A DNA stretch of 64,000 nucleotides from Trichosphaerium sp. ATCC 40318 (taxonomy: Eukaryota > Protista > Tubulinea), in NCBI GenBank assembly GCA_038496445.1, contig JALMLS010000322.1:124001-188000 (forward strand). The letters are read 5' to 3'. This document shows, in pieces, positions 1 through 13,290 of this stretch. Made by a program: the position numbers and the translations under genes. The notes under the pieces are model-generated. The model had not been told where the DNA came from. It saw only the letters and a list, made by a program, of their open reading frames with translations, and ran no database searches. Each line of letters opens with the position of its first letter. Position 1 is the stretch's first letter.

Positions 1-146
1 TAACGCCACAATAAAAAGGATCGCTCATCTTGATGAGTTAACGGCGAAAAATAAGCGTTAAAAACCGTAGAGCGGCTAATTCGTATGTAAAGTGCTAGTT
101 TTATTCTCTGGTTACTAGTAAAAAGTCAGACGGTGTCTCTCTGTCT

Positions 147-545
147 TTACTTGTCAGCTTTTTTGAGGTCTGCGCCTTTGGCTACCTCGCTGAGGAGACT
201 CTTGTGCTCGTTCTTCTTAATCTTGACATCCTTATCGATAGCAGGAGCGGATTTGTCTGTGGTTTCGGCGTGTTTCAAATCAGAACCCTTGGCAACCTCC
301 TTGAGGAAAGGATCGCGATCAACCTTCTTGATTTTTACGTCTTCTAAACCGAAGAAGTTAGTTTGGGAGTAAAATAAAACCAAACGCCGCTAGTACAACT
401 ACCAAACGGCCGGCAAAGAACAGTGCTAAGTTAAGAAATACGTACTCTCAATCACTGGTTTGGATTTGTCAGTGGTTTCAGCGTGTTTTAGCTCTGGTTT
501 GGCTTTGGCGAGTTCGGCTACGGCTTTGTCGTGTGCTTCAGTCAT
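147..545 (-). CDS. Actobindin-like WH2-repeat actin monomer-binding protein (2 exons: 446-545, 147-343; 98 aa)
   Basis: Spliced product MTEAHDKAVAELAKAKPELKHAETTDKSKPVIEKDVKIKKVDRDPFLKEVAKGSDLKHAETTDKSAP... has repeated LKHAETxDKS motifs; GT-AG intron 344-445 keeps frame. Confidence 0.9.
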
Positions 546-1579
546 TGTGAGAGTGGAGAGTTGTTGTGTTGCTTGTTATGTTTGGGCAAGAATGAATTGT
601 TCAATGAGATTCACACAGACTTGTGAATCAGCAATGGCGCTTGTATCCTCCTTTTCTAGCTCCCGTGAGCCTTATAATTGCCATTACGAGGGCAAAAGAA
701 AGGTGCAGTTTTTGGTGCGTGGGCGGTTTTTGTACGCCAGTTGTGGTATCCTTGCGAGTTGTTATGCGTTTTAGGTTTGGCATGTACAGAAAACCGCGAG
801 CAAGTGACACATACAAGAAGCTATTTTTGCATTCCCTCAAACTTCAGGAGTTGTGCGTAAACGGTACTACCAATCTACGTTGGCAGCTTGAACGCGAAAC
901 CAAATACGTACTGAATAGTTTAAAAACCCAATTGAGACTTTGTTTTTCACAATAGCGCCATTTAGCGCACTATTATGTACCACAACATTGAAAACTATCC
1001 CCTGGGCGAATTGGGAGCGTTCAACGTCTCCAACTTGCGTAATATTACCGATAGGCTGTGTACCACTACTACGTAGCGCATTTAGGTGTCAGTGTGAAAC
1101 AGAACAAAAGTCGACGAATCGGATAACTTTACTCCGCAATGCACTCGTACGTAATGTTATTACCTTCTTAGCGGCTTACGGCCAATAACGGTTTTGTAAA
1201 CGGTTTATTTTTCAAAAAACAATTTAACTATATCTGAGCGATACAAAGAGCGACACAACACCCACAAACGTCTTTTTGACTATTTTTATTTTATTTTTGA
1301 TCTGTGTTTAACAAAAACCTTCCTCTCTGCTTTGCACGTGTCTCAATTGCGTTGTAAAACTCTTTTTTGTTTGAAGTACCAAACAAAATAAAAAAATTCG
1401 CAGATTACTTTGTTTTTACATCAAAAGCTAATAATTGAGGCCTCTTTTTACACTTTTTTTTTGGTTTTATTCAAGTATTGTAAAATAGTATAAACGTGCG
1501 TAACCAAATAAAACTATTGGTTTGTTAAATTCTAGTTTGTTTGAATTGCAGCAACAACAATGAATAGATCCTACCTAGT

Positions 1580-3237
1580 CTATGATGTAGTTAGCAAACT
1601 CCGCAAGAACAAATAAATCAAAGAACACGTGAGTAAGAAAGATGCTTTGTTTAGAGCTGAGGTGCTGCTCTCACCCTTAAGGTTAGAGGTACGGCAAAGT
1701 AGATTGACTACCAATTATCTAAGGTTTGTTAGGACATAGAGGGTTGTTTACTGGTTGGTTTTTGATCGAAACAACGATGTTGTCATGGAAATTGACACCA
1801 GATTTGATTTTTGTATGACGGCACAGAAAAGTTGGCTAACCCTACAAAGAAAACGAGAACAGCAAATGCAATGACATGCGACAACTGGCTTTTGCTATTA
1901 ATAAAGGCATTAAGCCAAAGAAAAAAAGGTAACGTGCCATAATCACATGCCACTTGTATACCTTGAGCATCTCCATCAAGCTTTGATAGATATTTTTCAA
2001 GACAAACTTCCCAGTTAGAGAATTGTAAACAGAAGTGTAATTGTACGTAATCAGTATATTTGTGTTTAAGTTTATGCCTTTTCTTGTAATCCTCCTTATT
2101 CCAATTTCATTCTGATTCGAATGATAAAAATATCAATGGCTACCTACTCATCAGTGAAGCTTGAACCTAAACAAAACATTATGTACCAATTTTCAAATAG
2201 ACTTTAAAACGTAGAGGTTGTGATGTAATGTTTTATTGCTTCCGATTTGTACATCTACAAATTGTCATGGTTTGGTATTAATGTAAAGTTTGTGTTGTTT
2301 ATTGTTAATAGTTCTCCGACCTCAGGGAGTGTTTGCAAGTCCTTTTTGAGATTTGTCATGGAGCTATACCCATTGTACACGACCATCTTTCCCAGTGTTG
2401 TCAAAGGCAATAATAGTCGTTGTTACCTCAAAGAAATTAATGTGCATGTGAAGTCGTCAGGCCATATTATACGTTCTGTACAAAGCTGATTTATTTCTTA
2501 CAAGTTTTTGAAGTCACGTGATAACAAATGACTCAAACGATTTTTCTTTCCTATTAATTCAAGGTTCTAAAAAGTGGAGTTACGGACGGTTGAACTCCGT
2601 GAAAGTCGTGACCAACGATCAAAGCTCTTTTTTCGTAGATAGCTACGAATTTAATAAGAAAATCAACTTTTACGCAATCACACTTACGAAACCCATTCTT
2701 TTCTTTCTTTTCTTGTTCTGGCTTTTAACTACATTCTATTGGTATAAAATAGTTTCAGTTTAACGTACTTTTATCCTTACACCATTTCCAAATTTAAGAG
2801 TGAATTTAGTTGTAGAGTTTTCTGATTCTATATCCTCCATGTGTGCTAAATCGCAGTGTCCTCTATAAATGATGTCTATGTAAATCACACGTGTGTGTAT
2901 ACGTCATTTATTTTTTAACAAACCTTGGCGCAACACCAGCACATGAATTGTCTTTCAACTAACACCAAAAATAAGCAATCAAAAAAAATCACATCAAGTG
3001 TAGGCTAACCTTAGCGTAGTAATAGATAACACCATGATCTTCTAAAAACATACCCTTATTTAACCAAAAGGTTCACGGATATTTTATAAATACACTTACC
3101 AACAAAAAACCGCTTGCACTTGAGATAAACAAGTAAGAGAGTGTTGACAATACAAACAAGTATCAAAAAATTGAAGCGTACGTAAAGACCATGACGAGGA
3201 GAGTATTTATCCAACCAACCTTGTTTCCCACATCCAT
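1580..3237 (-). CDS. Multi-exon hypothetical secreted/surface protein
   Basis: ATG at 3237 gives MDVGNKVGWINTLLVMVF (signal-like); series of short GT-AG introns; hydrophobic C-terminus (ASFLLTCSLIYLFLRSLLTTS*). Exon chain not fully resolved. Confidence 0.4.
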
Positions 3238-3853
3238 CGTGGTCCTATGTTTGTTGTAAGTTTTTGCCGTTATGATCAACCGAGAAAAGTGCGAAACGAT
3301 CAATTTGATAATATTATTTTTGGAGTCGTTTTTCAAACACGTGATATTTTGGACCGCTAGTAATGACGTACTTCGTCGATGTAGTCTTTTCTGTTTAACT
3401 TGTTTGGTTTTTTGTGTTTCTTAGTCCTTTTTCGCACTTTAGTTACAGCTGTCTTCCTCCTACTCATTTGTATGATCTAAACCTTTGTAAGAACATTCCA
3501 ATAATTCGTTTGTATCGTTTACTGTTAGTAATTAGCCTTGGAGCGTTCACGTGCGATGATGAATGGATGGAAGTACTGTATTGATTAACGATAGTGACTT
3601 TTGGAATTTCTTAAGCTGGCACACAGATTTCTGTTTTACTGAACGGAATAAACAAAGAGAATTTGAAAAGACGCTGTGGCAGCATCAAAAGATATTTATG
3701 GTGACCAGTCAGTTGCAAATAGTTTATGGCTGGCTACGTCGTTGACTGGTAAACAACTTGTAAGGTACACTGAATGATTTATTAAAGTACACTGACCAAG
3801 TAAAATACATGAGAAAACAAATAAGATTATCAAGTTCTTGAATTCATGGTATT

Positions 3854-6008
3854 TTAAGAAGCAAGTGCTTCTTTGAAGTCTTCTCTGTAGTCACCGGTGC
3901 CGACAAGATTGTACTTCTCTTTCAATAACTTAACCATATTTGGTGTACAAAACGCAGGTGCACGTGGTCCAAGATGAATACCTTGAATATTGAGATGAAG
4001 GAGTGTTAACAAAACAGCAACGGCCTAGACTTAGTTAGACATGAAACTAGATACGTTCACACCACAAAAAACCCTGTACCTTTTGTTCGAACCAACTTAT
4101 GGCGTAGTTAATTGGTAAATCATTGACACCAACGTCAAGAGCTTTTGAAAGTTCGATTGCCACTTGAACAGCGCCAAAGGCGTCATTACACTGACCCATA
4201 TCAAGCAAACGAGGAATGCCTCCCAGTGTGCCAAGCTCAAGCTTATTCAACCTGAATTTCCCACATCCCTGAAACGGTTAGTCAGCTCTTGCTTCGAAAG
4301 CGTGTTTGATGTACCATTGTTAATATAAGAGATTCATCAGGTGCCGTTTTAGCTAGGTCAGTAAAGTAGCTTCTGTCACTTTCTGTACCATCACATCCTC
4401 CGATAACGAAGAATTGTTTCAGCTTGCCTGCTTTGATGGCATCCACGACAACACTTGCTTTACTGAGAATGGCATCCTTACCGTAGCCCTTAATAATTTT
4501 AATAAGTACAAAACACGTTACTCAAAACAAGAGGGCACATACAACGGTGAGTGTCTTTGGAGGAGAAACCGTTTCAGTAAAACCAGGCATTGATTTTGCC
4601 ATTTTTATTACTTCAGAGTAGTCTTCCGTGCTGATATGTTTAACACCAGGCCAACCTGTTACGGTTCGTGTGAACATCCGGTCCTGGAGAATAACTGAGT
4701 ACGAATTGTGATGTTGTCTACTAAATCAAAGACGCACCTTGTAAGAAGGATCAGGTTCAATCAAACAATTCGTTGTAATAACAATAGGTCCTGGAAAACG
4801 AGCAAAATCCCTCCTTTGTTTTTGCCATGCTCTTCCCCAATGTCCTGCAAAGTGTTTATATTGCCTCAGTTTAGGGTAGCTATGCGCAGGAAGCATCTCT
4901 CCATGTGTGTATACGTTCACACCGGTGCCTTGGTAAGCTTTAGAAAAATACGCTAATACAGGTGAGGTAATTGCAGTACCTTGAGTTTGCAGTAACAAAT
5001 CGGCGATATCTTGTATGTCATGACCAGATACGAGAATGCACTTTCCTTCAACGGGTGTTTTAAGTACATCATGAGGAGAAGGTACACCAAATTTTGTCAC
5101 GTGATTATACTCAAGAGCTTCCATTGTTTTGTAATTTACTTCGCCAACTTTCAAGGCAACACCCAAAGCATCATCGAGTGTATCAACAGCCTTTGATGAA
5201 TTCCTACCAACAAACTCGAGCGCTTCATGAATACCGCTATTGACTTCGTCTGGTATACTCGACATCCGGCCAGCATGACATGCGTAAGCAGCAGTACCCT
5301 TTAGACCGTACATGATCAATTCTCTTACTCCTAAGATATCAGGATCTATTTTCTTGCTCGCCTCCAATAGCCCAAACTGCCTTGCAAGAGTCGAGAGTTC
5401 GTTTGCATCTTGTTTTTTATCGAATTTGAGTAATACAGGATTAAGAGGATCTCTTGATGTGAGATCTTCGCTTTTTACGCCCTTGGAAGCTGCAGCGCTT
5501 TCATACATTTTCTTCGCCTACAAACAGTTCGTAAGTTTCTTTGTGAAGAGTTATTTGAGATTTAAGTGTACGTTTTCCATGTGCTTGGTTGATTCGTATA
5601 GTCTATCTACAAATCGACTACTATCAAAGTTGACGTTTGTCATTGTAGCGAAAAGCGATTCAATCACAAATGAATCAATATTATGATCTCTCACAGCGCT
5701 CAAATCATCCGCTCTTTTTGTATACATAGCAATACCTTTAACTGCATGGACAAGAAGGTCCTGAAGCGCAGAAGTCTCAGGTGTCTTACCACAGATTCCT
5801 AGTTCGAAACAGTCAATTGAAAGCACGTGCGCAGTTGACATTTTTTTTTCTTCGATCGCGTACCTACTGTAGAGCACCCTGTACCCCCTTTTGTTTGTTC
5901 GCACTGGTAACAAAGCATGTCTGTCCTTGTAGATGTATATCGCCTTTTAACATTGGCTGTACGCTTATAACTTGATTGTCGTATTCGAAGAGAAGCTGCT
6001 CTTAACAT
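3854..6008 (-). CDS. hcp: Hybrid-cluster protein (prismane; hydroxylamine/NO reductase), multi-exon, with N-terminal presequence
   Basis: [19 protein letters not shown](I)CGKTPE cluster motif, [49 protein letters not shown]. Confidence 0.95.
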
Positions 6009-6483
6009 GAGAGGTTTGTAATTAAATAGAAAAGCTATATCGTCAACGTTCTTACTATTCCTCAATCTTACCACAACATCTCAAGTAAGAACAAACCTAA
6101 ACTATCGCAATAGGCGAAGATTGCAGTATTTTTAGAGTCAAACTGTTTTGGTGTGATGTTAGAGCGAAGTGGGGAGGTTTAAAACTCAGACGTCCCCTTA
6201 GTCGTAGTTCAATTAATGTGAATAGCTATATGATCTTTTGGGAAGAAAGGACACATCTGATCTTATTCCACCGTTCAACAACGTGAAGAAATGTGTCACC
6301 ATCAGCGTAAGAATTTCTTTGATGAGCCAAGCAAATGCAAGCGAGGAAAACCATAACTTGTGTTAACAATTAGGTTGTGACTTCTTTTCTTTCGAGTAAA
6401 AAAAAAAAATCGATACGTTTAGTTCGCTAAGTCAAATAGGTTCTGGTTATCACGTGATTGTTGAAAACTAGGCAATACAAATT

Positions 6484-7545
6484 ATGGTATGAATGAGGCC
6501 ATAAACAGAGCTCAAAGCTTACTTCAATCACTAGGACGAATTAAACACGATTACACTGTTGGAACTGCCAACAGAGGTAATAATTTATTTACTGGAGTAC
6601 GTGGATATCCTTGATCGATTTTCCGTTTCTCAAATCTGCACTAAATTATCAGATATCATACACCATCATATTGGCTATAATATAATCCACGTTCGATCGA
6701 CTTCAGATTGTTCTCGCCTCTCAGGCAGTCCTCTTCTGAAAAACACAACAATATCACTTCGTAGATTCCGTTATGCAAGGAATAGCGATCTTGCTTTTCT
6801 TTATGGTGTTCGTGACTTGGTACTTAGCTCTAATAAACATATTACAGATAAGGGATTAAAGCGTGTTTGTGGTGTCACCTGCTTGTGTATTGAATCTTGC
6901 TCAGGAATCACAGACTCAAGCATTATATATCTTGCTGAGCACCTCAAGTGTATTAATTTTTACAACGTTCCTAGAATTACAACAGAAGGATTGAAAGCAC
7001 TTGCTGGAGTACCAAAGGTTGGTCTACCCATACAAGTGACAGATAGTGTGTTATATGCGTTGTCTGGTATACATCACGTCAATTTAAGCAATTGCGATCT
7101 TATAACAGATGAAGGTGTCTCAGCTTTGGCCGGAGTACATACAATAAACTTAAACATGACAAAAGTGACAGATGAAGGTGTCAAAGCTTTGGCTGGAGTA
7201 CATAACATTGTACTAGCTTACTGTAATATCAATGGATCGTGTATGAAGTATCTTTCTGGTGTACATACAATTGATATATCCTTCACAAATGCAACAGATG
7301 AATGGCTCATTCCACTTGCGGGTGTTAGTGTAATCAGTCTTATGTTCTGTGATAAATTGGTTGGTAAGAGTGAGTGTCTTAAAAGTCTTTCAAGTGCACG
7401 TGTTATTAATCTATCACACACTATTGTTACTGATGATTGGCTTTGTCATTTTACAAATGTCAAACAGCTAATATTGTATGGTTGTCATGGTGGTATAACA
7501 CGCAATTGTACAAATATACTCAAAAACACAGAAATACGTTGGTAA
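6484..7545 (+). CDS. F-box / leucine-rich repeat protein
   Basis: LLELPTEVIIYLLEYVD F-box followed by about 10 ITDEGVxAL-type LRRs; probable ATG-only first exon 6484-6486, intron 6487-6534 restores frame. Confidence 0.85.
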
Positions 7546-7703
7546 GAAGTAAGAACAAAAAAAAATGCATTGTAGTATTCTGTAGTATTACAAAACACCA
7601 AAAAGCTCTCAACAAGTGTTGGAATTCAACAAACGCACACTTGGTTTTTCTGTTGTGCTGTAAAAAAAATTGTTTGTACAAATGTTTGATATCTTTTTTA
7701 CTG

Positions 7704-8972
7704 TCATTTACTTTCGCAACCATCAACCCATGTGGATTGATTCTGTAGTTTTCCATCTTCAAACCATCTTTTACTTTCGCCATGTTGTTTACCATCAACC
7801 CACATTGATTGGTATTTGAGTTGTCCATTTTTGTACCATATTTTGCATTCACCGTGTTGTTTATCATCGACCCACATGCCTTGGTCCTCAATTTGTCCAT
7901 TTTCATACCATCCTGTACTTTTACCACATTGTTTACCATCAACCCACATGGATTGTCCTTCCAGTTGTCCATTTTCATACCAATCTTTACATTCACCATG
8001 CTGTTTACCATCAACCCACATATTATTAGCTGCAAGTTGTCCATTCTCATACCAATCTTTACTTGCACCATTTTGTTTACCTTCAACCCACATTGCCAGG
8101 TATTTTAAATGTCCATCTTCATACCACTCCTTGGCTTCGCCATTTTGTTTACCATCAACCCACATGGACTGTTTTTTAAGTTGTCCATTCTTGTACCATA
8201 TTTTGCTTTCACCGTGTTGTTTACCATCAACCCACATGACTTGGTCCATAAGTTGTCCAGTTTCATACCATCCTGTACTTTCACCATGCTCATTTCCATC
8301 AACCCATGTGGACTGGTCCTTAAGTTGTCCGCTTTCATACCAATCTTTGCGTTCTCCATGCTGTTTACCCCAAACCAATGTGCATTGGTAGTCTAGTTGG
8401 CCATTCTTAAACCATCCTTTACTTTCACCATGCTCATTTCCATCAACCCACATGGACTGATCCTTTAGATGTCCGTCTTCATACCACTCCTTGACTTCGC
8501 CATGTTGTTTACCATCAACCCACATGGACTGGTCCTTTAGATGTCCGTCTTCATACCACTCCTTGACTTCACCATTTAGTTTTCCATCAACCCACACAGA
8601 CTTGTCCTTTAGTTGTCCATTGTCATACCATGACTTACTTTCACCTTCGTTTTTATCATTAATCAATATGTACTGCTCCTTAAGTGATCCATTATCATAC
8701 CATTCTTTATACAACCCATTCACTGCATATTGATGAGATTGTACCTTATTATGATTAGTTTATGGTGTTAACAAAACGTGTAAGCAGTATTAAGTACCTT
8801 TCCACTTTTATACCATCTTATCCATATTCCTTTTCTTTGGCGTTTCATCAAAATGTGTATTAACTGCAGCTCTCTTTGATAGAGTGTGGAATTTTGTGAA
8901 CGTTTCCATATTGTATGTACAAATATAGGTTTGAACGTCACAAGGAGTATCCAATAAAGTCAAAGAACCCAT
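7704..8972 (-). pseudogene. F-box-like + MORN-variant (YwqK-like) repeat protein, frameshifted in exon 1
   Basis: About 14 repeats of 24 aa (GExKxWYENGQLKxQxxWVDGKQH) at 7704-8744; upstream exon LTLLDTPCDVQTYIC is 2 nt shorter than the paralog at 21.7 kb and stops at 8808. Confidence 0.7.
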
Positions 8973-9060
8973 ATCATGGTACAATTTTTTGATACGCTTG
9001 GGACAAGAAGACTTCAAAAAAATAATGTTAGAATGTGAGATTAGGGTTCATTCAAATCAG

Positions 9061-9250
9061 TCAACCGCCAGTTTGTTCACTGGCTATTTTCTCAGCTTAA
9101 AGGGCGACGCTCCGTTAAAACTGTTTTTTTGGGTATTTAGGCCTTTCTAGGAAAGCAACGCCCAATGTATTTTCAATAATCAGAACAGACATTTATAGTG
9201 TCCGTATCTTGTAGTAATTCTGAGGCAGCCGAGAAATAACTGGCGGTTGA
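9061..9250. mobile_element. Candidate MITE / short element with terminal inverted repeats
   Basis: TCAACCGCCAGTT (9061-9073) and AACTGGCGGTTGA (9238-9250), perfect 13-bp inverted repeat; no clear target-site duplication. Confidence 0.4.
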
Positions 9251-9973
9251 GAGTTTTCGTAAATAAACCCATTGTGTTATTACTTGATAATTGTACCTAA
9301 GCTGTAGCTAATGTATATTGTGTTTTACGTACCATATTGAATAAAGGCTGCTAATTCGATATGAAACGTGTTTGTTAAGGTTTTGGGGCGAATTCCCTAC
9401 CTTCTTGGTGCTGTTGTCTTCAAAGAAAAGGATTTCGGCTTACTAGGAACGACTTTTTAGATGTGAATTTGTTACGAAAATAGAGGTGGTCGTGGTTCGG
9501 TCCCGGCTAAAAAAATGTGTAGCCCGTTAACCGATTGCTAAGAAATCAGCAACAAAATCTGTACTCGGCTTACTGTTTAAAAATGTGCGATTTTGTTGGT
9601 GTTGTACCTTGGCACCACATGCTTTTTAAGTTCCACCTCTATACGGAAACGCAGGTCATTTGTAAAATGTGGCTTAAGGATTGAAAGTATTCGTCAACAC
9701 AAGGGGCTCTTGCTTTGAATACCTTAGAAAAGAATGTAGTACAACACAAAGCTACTTTTTGCCACAGATGCTGACTTTGTCGATTTCCAGATGTTGCATG
9801 CAATCAGTCGTGGTGATGAGGTATTAACCTCAATGTACTCATACGTAATCTGGACGCTTTTACACCATCTTCAGCAGCTAAATAATCGTACTGACAGGTT
9901 TAAGATAGATTATGAAGAATGTAATAAACAAAAGAACAAAAAATTCTATTAAAGTGCTAAAAATTCTTTTCAA

Positions 9974-11458
9974 TTACAAAATGAGTTTATTGAAAGTAAC
10001 ATCAAAAAATGGATAAAATATAGTTTCTTTATCAACACCTTCCAATCCTTTTATCTTATCTGCAATACTATCCCTTTCCGAGATACGTTGAGACTTACCT
10101 AACATATCCTTATAACCCTCAAGTGCTTGTACATAAATAAAATCACGTGATATTTTTTCATCCTCATAGGTATTAATCAACTTTCTGAAAGAACCTTCAG
10201 CAACTGCATGCTGTGAAAGTATATTTGAGTAAAGACCACCAAGATAAATAAGATAACGTGTTTTTATGCTATTAGGGTCATAATAGACATCTGATATTTC
10301 AATAGCATCGTTAATAATATCTTGAGCTTCTTGTGCTTTGTTTTCATGGTATTGAAGTATTGATAGCTCTGTAAGGAATTCGCTTAGGTATATTTGGATT
10401 TGTGATTTGGATGGATCTTTTTGAACATTGCTCTCGCTTTGATTTACTTTTTTATACGATTCAAGGGTTTCTATACATTCGTTATAATGCCTGATGGCTT
10501 CTTGGCGAGTTTCAGGTTGAAGACCAAGAAAACGAGCGTAAAACCCTTGTGCTATTCCTAAAGATAAAAAAAAGTCAATCAACTTGATTTTTATTGTATT
10601 TAGCCGAACCCTTTGCTGGTGATTCAGATGATGCTGTATCTACAGCTTCTTTGAAAGTAGTCTTTGCAGCTTCGTTATTTTTCAAGAGTACTTGACAATG
10701 CCCTGATCACGTCAGCGATATTTGAAAAAAAAGAAGGAAAAAATTGAAACAAGTACCAACGGCCAGAGAAGCAAGAGATTTTTCTTCGTCGCTTTTTGCT
10801 GCTTTAACCCATTGCTCAGCATATTTTAATGCTTCTGATGTTGTTTTTGGGTCAGTTTGAAGGCCAAGAATCAGATTGTGATAAACAGTTGGCAATGTGT
10901 CAGTTTCACTGGTGAATTCTGTCATTTTACGAAGGCTCGCCAATGCGGAAGCGAACTTCCCGCCTTTGAGTTGAGCTCTAGTGCATAAAATGAGTGTGAA
11001 AGGTTTTTCTTGTTGGTGGCGTTCAAATAGGTCGTAATACGTACCGTGCTAATCGATGAAGAAGTGTGAAAGTGTCAGCGTGCTGTTGACCCATTGCCAT
11101 TTCGCAAATCGACAAACTTCGTTCTAGTAAGACGGTTGCTGATTGGTGATCGCCTTGTGGTTTACGTGAGCGTTTAATGGGTATACATGCTCGAATTAAC
11201 CTCACCTGTTTTCATTAACTCATTTGCTTCTTTTATTTCAGGTAAATCAAACACCATTGAGCGACAGAGTGGAATACAAGTCGTTTTGAAGCCTGCTTTC
11301 TAAAATGAAGTTAGAAATGTACAATCTCACTTTTATTGCTTCTTGCGTACTTGTAGACGCACACTCCGCGTGGTGGGAGCGTTGTACGTTTTTTTGACAC
11401 GGTTAGCCGTTTTCAAACAAGCTGCTGTCCTAGAACCAAGTTGATATACTCTTAGCAT
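9974..11458 (-). CDS. TPR-like helical repeat protein, probably mitochondrial, multi-exon
   Basis: MLRVYQLGSRTAACLKTANRVKK presequence-like start; GDHQSATVLLERSLSICEMAMGQQHADT resembles kinesin-light-chain-type TPR; long last exon to 9974. Confidence 0.65.
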
Positions 11459-11626
11459 GTTATGGGTTCACAGCGGTTATAACGTAACAATCTTGAATGT
11501 CAACACGAGTCTAACGGAAATCAACACATTTGACACGTGCCATATGCACTTATTAACACGAACTCAAGTCATAGGTATTGAAGTACGAGGTAGTCGTCTA
11601 ATGATATTTGATTATTTTTTTTTGGA

Positions 11627-13179
11627 TTAAATGTCCTTGTATACATCATCTAAGTTAATTGGGTCCTTATTCAATAGTTTTAAAAATACAGCGGCAGCAG
11701 ATATATTAGCCTTGACATCTGCGTTTGCAACGCCATGTACATCCTCTAGAAAAGCTTCTGGGTTTGGTTGCATTTCCATTACAGCCAATTCATAAGCATC
11801 CTAAATAGACAATGAATACAAAACAAGCACTTTTGTAACGAATAAATTACAAGCGTACATCTATTGTAATTTTATCATTCCATAAAGCTAAGGCTGTAAC
11901 TAATGACCGCGCTTCATTTGATACACCCTACATAAAAATTAATTGAGTACAGTGTACGCTAAGGACAAAAAAAAAATATCGAAAGAAAAAGCGTTAAAGT
12001 ACTTACCTCTAAGCCGGATATTGTCCAGTCATCCATACTTCTAATTAACATTTCCATACCCTTGATACTTTGTTCAGCTTGACGAAAGTTTACATTATTG
12101 CCAGTGTCCAAAGGAAGTTTGAATTCATCTGAATGAACGGAGTTAACAATAAAAAAATAATTTGCTGCTAGAAATACCTTCAAACCATTTTTTAATTCCT
12201 GGTAGTCTACTATTCAATGTTTGATAGAATCTTGACTTGGTATCTTGTGGCAGGGTACTACTCTCAAATTAATTAAAAGCATAAATTATTAAATTGACAC
12301 TCGGTATGTTGTGAAGTATTTAACAATATCGTTTAAATGTAAAAAACAAAAACAAACAAGAACGCACCAAATTGAGTCGTATTCAAAATAACTGATCATT
12401 TGATCAATATACATTTGTCTGTTGAGTGCTACAGAATCCATAGCAGTACAAGCCATACCTAACTATATCCAGTGTCAACAGATAATTGAGAAACACATTA
12501 TTTTCATAATTTCGACAAAATAAAATTTGCGAGTTGTCAACGAAATCTAATACTGTTTTACGCTTACCAATGGCATACGGCGTGGTTCTACTTCGCCAAT
12601 TTGGGCTTCCCATTCAGCGGCAATCTGGAGTGTCAATTAGTTGAAGTAAAGCGTTTGAAGGCTACACGCGTACTCCATAAGCTAATTCTTCTGTAGGTAC
12701 AGTGAGTTCTTGCTCTTTTGGTGTAAGGATTGCCCGATTATCGAGTAATACCTGAACTAACGTTTAATTCGCATACAATTAGCTGTGTTCATTACCTCCC
12801 ATCTTTCTTTGCCCTCAATTTTTTTTACATTCGTTTTTGTGAAGAATCTTCTTGTTGTACCATCGCGGTTAACTGTTGTAGCAAGTGAGAATTAATTGTA
12901 GGCTTCAAGTACGCTACCATTTCCAATTTTTGCTATGCGTCTCTTTCCGTCGTCCACGTTGCGTAAATCTTCGAGGTGCTGCTCTAGAACGCTAAATCTG
13001 GCTCTAATATCCTCAGCAGTAGTGTGTTTTTCTTTAGCCTCTGCCCCTTCAGCAACAGGCTCATCTGCGCCACTTTTTACCCTTTGTATTGCTTCTTCTA
13101 GGGATGATACTGTTCTGGTGGATGTTTTTGTGCTAACAGCACGCGTCATACTCCTGGATGCTTTAATAAGGCCAAGCAT
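11627..13179 (-). CDS. ATP12: ATP12 / ATPAF2 F1-ATPase assembly chaperone, multi-exon
   Basis: RRFFTKTNV, LLDNRAILTP..ELTVPTEELAYG, IAAEWEAQ..EPRRMPL, GVSNEARSLVTALAL, VEDVHGVANAD; mitochondrial-type N-terminus. Confidence 0.85.
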
Positions 13180-13290
13180 TTTTGAGACAAGCGTAATAAG
13201 CCTTCAAACAAAGGTGTAGCGTCGAAAGAAGGGGAAAATGAGTCAATTGTATTCCATTCTGAATTTGGCACTTGGTTTACGCTTCTGACT

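Noticed and set aside
7520-8733. Overlapping Cys/His-rich or Met-rich ORFs in other frames of the MORN genes (also 20903-21789, 57530-58066)
   Set aside because: Shadow ORFs produced by the 72-bp repeat periodicity
9812-9894. C/D box snoRNA (GTGATGA...CTGA)
   Set aside because: No convincing terminal stem or recognisable rRNA guide; the segment also looks like a stray exon
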